From NCBI GenBank assembly GCA_038046345.1, contig JBBSWJ010000030.1, forward strand, positions 1 to 13,449: a DNA stretch of 13,449 nt, given 5' to 3'. This stretch comes from Nanobdellota archaeon (GTDB lineage Archaea > Nanobdellota > Nanobdellia > SCGC-AAA011-G17 > JACPNG01). Positions within the stretch are counted from its first letter, which is position 1. The number at the start of each line of letters is the position of its first letter. The notes below the pieces were generated by a model. That model had not been told where the DNA came from, made no database searches, and saw only the letters and a list, made by a program, of their open reading frames with translations. The position numbers and the translations under genes were made by a program. Positions 8,354 to 13,449 of this stretch are shown piece by piece.

Positions 8354-10012
8354 ATGAGAGAGAAACTGAGCAAACCAAAATTTATTTTTATATCAGGAGG
8401 GGTGATTAGCAGCGTTGGAAAAGGAATATTCACTGCCTCTCTTGCATGTCTTATTGAATCTCAGGGGTATAAGGTTGAAGCTATTAAGATTGATCCATAC
8501 ATAAACGTTGACGCTGGTACTATGCGCCCAACTGAACATGGAGAGGTATTTGTAACAGCTGACGGCTTTGAAACCGACCAAGATCTTGGCAGTTATGAAC
8601 GATTTTCTTCAATGATAACCACCCAAAACCAAAGCTTGACTACTGGACAAATATACCTCAAAGTGATTAACGATGAAAGAAGCGGTAAATTCAATGGAAA
8701 ATGTGTTGAAGTTGTTCCACACATACCACAAGAAGTAATAAAAAGAATTTGTAAAGTTCAATCAGAAAAAAACGCTGATTTTGTCCTTGTTGAAGTAGGC
8801 GGCAGCGTGGGAGAATATCAAGCATTTCCATTTCTTGAAGCATCACGCATGATGAAGGGCTTGGGGATGGATACTGCTCAGATACATGTTGGTTATATTC
8901 CAACACCTACAATGGTTGGAGAACAGAAAACTAAACCTATACAAGAATCAATTAAAAAACTTAGAGAACAATGCGGAAATCCTGATTTTGTTGTAGCAAG
9001 AAGCCACGATGCATTAGATAATGTTAGAAAACAAAAAATATCAATGAGCTCCGGTCTTCCTTTAAGCCATATTATCAGCGCTTTTGATGATGACTTGATT
9101 TATCGTATTCCATTAAACCTTGCCAACCAAAATTTACATACTAATTTACTGCACTTATTTGGACTACCATTTGATATGAATAACTGTTTGAAAGAATGGC
9201 GTGAAATGGTGGCACATATTGAAAAGTTACAAAGTGGAGATAAAATAATTAAGATCGGGATTGTTGGCAAATATTTTAGCAACGGAAATTTTAGTTTAAG
9301 TGATAGCTACATAAGTGTTATTGAAGCTGTAAAACATGCTTCATGGCACAATGATAATAATGTAAAAATTTGTGCTATTAACGCTAAAGATTTTGAAGAT
9401 AAAATAAAAGATATTGATTACTTAAAAGAGTTTGATGGTATCATTATACCGGGTGGGTTCGGTGACTCTGGTATTAGCGGCAAAATTGAAGCAATTAAAT
9501 TCTGCAGAGAAAATAAAATTCCATTCTTAGGATTGTGTTTAGGCATGCAACTTTCTGTGATTGAATTCGCAAGAAATGTTTTAAACCTTAAGGATGCTAA
9601 CTCCACTGAATTTCATCCCAGCACTACAAACCCGGTTATATCTTTGTTAGAGGAACAGCTTAATAATGTAAGCCAACACCATATTGGCGGTACTATGAGG
9701 CTTGGCAGTTATACTGCCCGATTAAAAGCTGGAACAATTGTATCAGGAGCTTACGCATCATTAACTACCACTGAACGCCATAGACATAGATGGGAAGTTA
9801 ATAATAAATACAGAGCTGATTTAGAAGCTGCTGGTTTAGTTGTTTCAGGAGTTTATGAACAAAAAAATTTAGTTGAATTTATTGAATTACCTCAAAATAA
9901 GCATCCTTTCTTTGTGGGAACACAAGCCCACCCAGAATTTCAATCAAGATTTTTACGCCCAAGTCCTTTATTTAATAAATTTATTTCAGCTGTTATTAAA
10001 AACAAAGGCTAA
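8354..10012 (+). CDS. pyrG: CTP synthase
   Basis: GGVISSVGKG, KIDPYINVDAGTM, EHGEVFVT, glutaminase GLCLG, ERHRHR and HPE motifs. 552 aa. Confidence 0.97.
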   Translation: MREKLSKPKFIFISGGVISSVGKGIFTASLACLIESQGYKVEAIKIDPYINVDAGTMRPTEHGEVFVTADGFETDQDLGSYERFSSMITTQNQSLTTGQIYLKVINDERSGKFNGKCVEVVPHIPQEVIKRICKVQSEKNADFVLVEVGGSVGEYQAFPFLEASRMMKGLGMDTAQIHVGYIPTPTMVGEQKTKPIQESIKKLREQCGNPDFVVARSHDALDNVRKQKISMSSGLPLSHIISAFDDDLIYRIPLNLANQNLHTNLLHLFGLPFDMNNCLKEWREMVAHIEKLQSGDKIIKIGIVGKYFSNGNFSLSDSYISVIEAVKHASWHNDNNVKICAINAKDFEDKIKDIDYLKEFDGIIIPGGFGDSGISGKIEAIKFCRENKIPFLGLCLGMQLSVIEFARNVLNLKDANSTEFHPSTTNPVISLLEEQLNNVSQHHIGGTMRLGSYTARLKAGTIVSGAYASLTTTERHRHRWEVNNKYRADLEAAGLVVSGVYEQKNLVEFIELPQNKHPFFVGTQAHPEFQSRFLRPSPLFNKFISAVIKNKG

Positions 10013-11508
10013 AACTTCTTAAGCTTCAATGTTGGAAAGAACATAACCTCTTTTATGTTAACTGCATCTGTAAAAAGCATTATCATCCTATCAACCCCTA
10101 TCCCAAGACCACATGCGGGTGGAAACCCATATTCTATTGCTTCTAAGTATTCGTAATCTGTTTGTTGAGCCTCTTCAAACCCAGCCTCTTCTTTTTTCTT
10201 TTCTTCAATAAATCTTTTACTTAATTCTTGAGGGTCATTTAGCTCAGAGTAATTATTCCCGATTTCTGATCCAAACGCGAATACTTCAAAACGCTGAGTG
10301 AACCTTTCATCAATGCATCTTTTTGCTAAAGGTGAAACTTCTACCGGATAATCATATATTATTACCGGCTGGATCAATTTATCTTCTACTATCTCCTCAA
10401 AAACAAAAGCTATCATTTCACCAACAGTACTCATCTTATCTAGCTCTGCAAGTTTTTCTTTTGGTATATTCATTTTTTTAATTGCAGATTTTGCTTCTTC
10501 TTTTGTTTTCCACTTTAATGGATCTATACCACTGAATTTTTCTACTGCTTCAACTAATTTATACCTTTTCCATGGCCGCTTAACATCAAGGGTATGGTCT
10601 TTAAATTTTATCTTAGTCGTACCAAATAATTTTTTGGCAATAGCCTCAAATAATTCTTCAATTAAGTCCATCCCATACTTATAATCTTTGTATGCAATTT
10701 GTGCTTCAAACATTGTAAACTCCGGGTTATGATCAAAGTCTATCCCTTCATTTCTAAATACTTTAGTGATCTCATATACTTTTTCTATACCACCAACTAA
10801 AATTCTTTTAAGATACATCTCATCTGATATTCGCAGATAAAAATCATTTTTTAGTTCATTATGATGAGTAACAAACGGTTTAGCAAATCCGCCGCCATAA
10901 ATTGCCTGGAGAGTTGGAGTTTCTACTTCTACAAATCCTCTTTCATTAAAAAATGCCCTTAACTCTGTGATTATCTTAGTTCTCAACAACAATCTTTGTT
11001 TGACTGACGGATTCATTATCATATCTAAATATCTTTTTCTATATCTTTCTTCTACGTCTTGAATCCCATGCCATTTCTCAGGTAGCTGTCTTAATCCCTT
11101 TGTTAATATGCTAAAATCTTTAACATAAACACTTATCTCGCCGGTCTTTGTTGTAAAAATAGTGCCTTTCGCTCCGATTATATCACCAATATCTAATAGT
11201 TTTATTAAACTATACGCTTGTTTTCCTACGTCATCTTCTCTGAAGTATATCTGTATCCTTGCAAACTGGTCTTGTAAATGCATAAATGTTGCTTTCCCCA
11301 TGCCTCTTAATTGAACTATTCTTCCTGCAACACTCACTAAATCCTTTGTTTTTGTTTCTTTGTCTAAATGTTTATATTTTTCAAGCAAATCTTTTGAGTG
11401 ATCTTTTTGATCAAACGAATAAGCATAAGGATTAATTCCTTTTTTTCTTAGATCGCTTAATTTTCTTTCTCTTTCTTTTATCAAAGAGTCACTATATTTT
11501 TGCTGCAT
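10009..11508 (-). CDS. lysS: Lysyl-tRNA synthetase, class II
   Basis: N-terminal OB fold (VAGRIVQLRGMGKATF), motif 2 FRNEGIDFDHNPEFTMFE, motif 3 GLGIGVDRMIM. The 3' end overlaps pyrG by 4 nt. Confidence 0.97.
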   Translation of the reverse strand: MQQKYSDSLIKERERKLSDLRKKGINPYAYSFDQKDHSKDLLEKYKHLDKETKTKDLVSVAGRIVQLRGMGKATFMHLQDQFARIQIYFREDDVGKQAYSLIKLLDIGDIIGAKGTIFTTKTGEISVYVKDFSILTKGLRQLPEKWHGIQDVEERYRKRYLDMIMNPSVKQRLLLRTKIITELRAFFNERGFVEVETPTLQAIYGGGFAKPFVTHHNELKNDFYLRISDEMYLKRILVGGIEKVYEITKVFRNEGIDFDHNPEFTMFEAQIAYKDYKYGMDLIEELFEAIAKKLFGTTKIKFKDHTLDVKRPWKRYKLVEAVEKFSGIDPLKWKTKEEAKSAIKKMNIPKEKLAELDKMSTVGEMIAFVFEEIVEDKLIQPVIIYDYPVEVSPLAKRCIDERFTQRFEVFAFGSEIGNNYSELNDPQELSKRFIEEKKKEEAGFEEAQQTDYEYLEAIEYGFPPACGLGIGVDRMIMLFTDAVNIKEVMFFPTLKLKKF

Positions 11509-11704
11509 GGTAATAAGACCATATGTATTTATTTAAGGATTATGGTAGCGGTTGGTGCAGCCTATGAAAAATGCAATACTTCAACCTAACTGATGGAGAG
11601 TTACCTGAAGACCAGCCTTATAATTGATATTTTTTAAACAACTTAAATCCAGAACAGTTGAAGCAACACAAAGAACAAGATCAAAAAGAATTCCTAAAGA
11701 AAAG

Positions 11705-12733
11705 TTACAAATTTTCGATGATATGAAAGATGAGTTTTCTTCTAAAATTGAAACTATTTCCTAGACGGGCATATCCAGACCAGCCATAAAATGTTTTCAA
11801 CACTGACCGTTTTGAATTCACATTGAAACTACACCCGTCAAGTAAGCTATTGATTCTTGCATAGATCTTTTGTTTATTCCTTCGTAAAATTATCCGATGA
11901 TGATAAAAATTCTTAAATCCTAGAAAACGGATTCCAGTTTGTAGAAGAACAATTTTACATTTATCTGGATGTAATTCTAAGTGAAGAGCCTTCAAGAATT
12001 TGTTAATTTTGGTTTCATAAATAATTAATGTTTCTTTTGATTGATGGAGAATAATAAAATCATCAACATAGCGTATGTAATATTTAGCTTTCAATTTATG
12101 CTTAACAAACTGATCAAGTTCATTTAAGTAAATGTTTGCAAAGAACTGGCTCGTCCAGTTTCCAAGTGGCATGCCCTTTCCTTCTTCCTCTCCATGATAA
12201 TTGTTTAATATTTTTCTGATGAGCCAAAGAACGTTCTCATCTTTAATATACTTTTTAATCATGTCAAGAAGAATTTCTTGATCTACTGTTTGAAAATAAT
12301 GTTTGATATCCGCTTTGAAAATATAACAACTCTTTGTGTTGTTCTTTGTTACTTTCCGTTTAAATTGATCAAACCTCCTCAATGCTAAAGATGTTCCTTT
12401 TCCAACTCTACTTGCATAACTATCATAAACTAACTTAGGATCAAAAATAGGATGAATAATATTAATCAACGCATGATGCACAACACGATCACGGAAATCA
12501 CTAACACAAATCTTTCTTGTCTTTGGATCTCTCAAAATAAACTGCTTTAATAGCTGCGGAGTGTAAGTCTTATTTTGTAATTCTATAAGCAATTTAGAAA
12601 GTTCTTCCTCGTAATGCTCTTCAAACTTTTGAACGCTTGCGCGATAGGTCTTTCCTTCTTTTGCTTTGTCATATGAAGCTTTTAGGTGTTCATAGGTACA
12701 TAATTGTTGCCAAAGATGGTTGTATGTTTTCAT
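11705..12733 (-). CDS. DGR reverse transcriptase
   Basis: ICVSDFRDRVVHHAL, DIKHYF, GMPLGNWTSQFFANIYL, YIRYVDDF and FLGF motifs. True start is probably ATG 12733 (MKTYNHL, 342 aa) with GGAG 6 nt upstream. The listed TTG 12829 extension is just the TR read in frame. Confidence 0.95.
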   Translation of the reverse strand: MKTYNHLWQQLCTYEHLKASYDKAKEGKTYRASVQKFEEHYEEELSKLLIELQNKTYTPQLLKQFILRDPKTRKICVSDFRDRVVHHALINIIHPIFDPKLVYDSYASRVGKGTSLALRRFDQFKRKVTKNNTKSCYIFKADIKHYFQTVDQEILLDMIKKYIKDENVLWLIRKILNNYHGEEEGKGMPLGNWTSQFFANIYLNELDQFVKHKLKAKYYIRYVDDFIILHQSKETLIIYETKINKFLKALHLELHPDKCKIVLLQTGIRFLGFKNFYHHRIILRRNKQKIYARINSLLDGCSFNVNSKRSVLKTFYGWSGYARLGNSFNFRRKLIFHIIENL

Positions 12734-12750
12734 GGTAAGCTCCGAAGAGA

Positions 12751-12832
12751 GTGTCCATTCACGAGCAGGCCTATTGTCATTGTTGTTGGCATTGATGTTG
12801 AAGTTGTTGTCGTTCGAACCCAACAGCAAAGC
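12751..12832 (-). repeat. DGR template repeat (TR)
   Basis: 82 nt reading ALLLGSNDNNFNINANNNDNRPAREWT, with 26 adenines and 9 AAY codons. Aligns to VR 13083-13161. Confidence 0.95.
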
Positions 12833-13068
12833 TCAGTAGCCTTGTCATCCTTCCGTTCACTGCTCCTTTAATGTTCACATGTGATGTTACATAATTATCG
12901 GAGCTGTATTTTATGACATTACTGCCTTGATAACAAGACGTGTGGGCAACTCTCTCAGCCAGATGCAATTTAATTGCATGATAGGCATCGGAGTCAACCT
13001 GTTGTTTATGAGAAATTAGTTAAAGCTTTTGCTATTCTATAAAGTTTCATTTTTTAAACCTTTATCTC

Positions 13069-13449
13069 CTATGAAATCACCCGCGCCCACCCACGAGCAG
13101 GCCTATCGACATCGTTGCTGGCATCGATGATGAAGTTGAGGACCAAACCCAACAGCAAAGCCCGTCGTTGCTCTCTTGCCGGTACACCAAACCGATACAA
13201 GTACGAATACTCTTCAAACAATTCATAAAAAACTTCCTCCACAACACTAGCCCCTGCATTGAATGATAATCGTGCCACTTCCTCCTTGTCAGTAGCTTCA
13301 CTCAAATACCCACCCTCACCGCGTAATACTCCATCCATCGAATACTCATTTGGGCTTCCAACTTCATGCAACACCCTATCAACACTACCAGCCTGATAGA
13401 CTAAACAAGTGCTAGTCATCATCCACGGTTTTGATGAACCAAAATCTTT
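13069..13449 (-). CDS. DGR target protein, 5'-partial; C-terminal VR, probably C-type lectin fold
   Basis: The frame is open to the window edge (KDFGSSKPW precedes the listed MMTST), so ATG 13422 is probably internal. It ends RALLLGLVLNFIIDASNDVDRPARGWARVIS, with the VR in the last ~30 codons. The CLec fold is inferred from known DGR targets. Confidence 0.85.
   Translation of the reverse strand, partial: KDFGSSKPWMMTSTCLVYQAGSVDRVLHEVGSPNEYSMDGVLRGEGGYLSEATDKEEVARLSFNAGASVVEEVFYELFEEYSYLYRFGVPAREQRRALLLGLVLNFIIDASNDVDRPARGWARVIS
13083..13161 (-). repeat. DGR variable repeat (VR)
   Basis: 79 nt. Versus TR: 13 substitutions at TR adenines, one C>T, and one 3-nt deletion. Confidence 0.95.

Larger units (their letters stand above)
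11705..13449 (-). mobile_element. Diversity-generating retroelement (target/VR - spacer - TR - RT); extends past the right window edge
   Basis: RT, an upstream Asn-codon-rich TR and a near-identical VR at the 3' end of an upstream gene, with adenine-specific mismatches. Confidence 0.95.

Noticed and set aside
6984-9606. Short antisense ORFs inside the thermosome and pyrG genes (6984-7235, 8393-8581, 8691-8906, 9100-9282, 9418-9606)
   Set aside because: Shadow ORFs opposite highly conserved genes.
11705-12733. RT as a group II intron, retron or CRISPR-associated RT
   Set aside because: No maturase/endonuclease extension, intron domains or CRISPR array are seen; the TR/VR pair with adenine-specific mismatches identifies a DGR.
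12734-12829. Asn-rich N-terminal extension of the RT (TTG start)
   Set aside because: It is the TR, stop-free in the target's reading frame by design; ATG 12733 has its own SD.
12777-12968. 63-aa ORF as a possible Avd
   Set aside because: Too short, overlaps the TR out of frame, and shows no Avd-like helical pattern.
13077-13301. 74-aa alternative-frame ORF over the VR
   Set aside because: The other frame matches the TR codon logic (AAY codons), so this one is spurious.

Overview
AT-rich archaeal window, most consistent with a DPANN lineage (Woesearchaeota/Pacearchaeota-like). The evidence is a group II chaperonin, an archaeal-type tRNA-Gly(GCC) without encoded CCA, TATA boxes about 20-30 nt before start codons, and a class II LysRS; the taxonomy is inference. 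Left to right: a secreted PKD-domain protein; peroxiredoxin (AhpC); an accessory islet between the AhpC 3' end and tRNA-Gly (decayed integrase N-terminus, wHTH + nucleotidyltransferase type IV TA-like pair with a palindromic operator, a displaced second copy of the ahpC 3' end, and a wHTH-Fic gene); tRNA-Gly; an ATPase-less FlaI/VirB11-like protein with a Pro/Lys repeat; a small coiled-coil protein; thermosome; pyrG; lysS. The highlight is at the right edge: a diversity-generating retroelement (DGR) on the minus strand, ordered target gene (5'-truncated by the window) with VR, a 236-nt spacer with hairpins, TR, then RT. In a hand alignment, 13 of 14 TR/VR substitutions fall on TR adenines, plus one in-frame 3-nt deletion. 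No avd gene is visible in the window.
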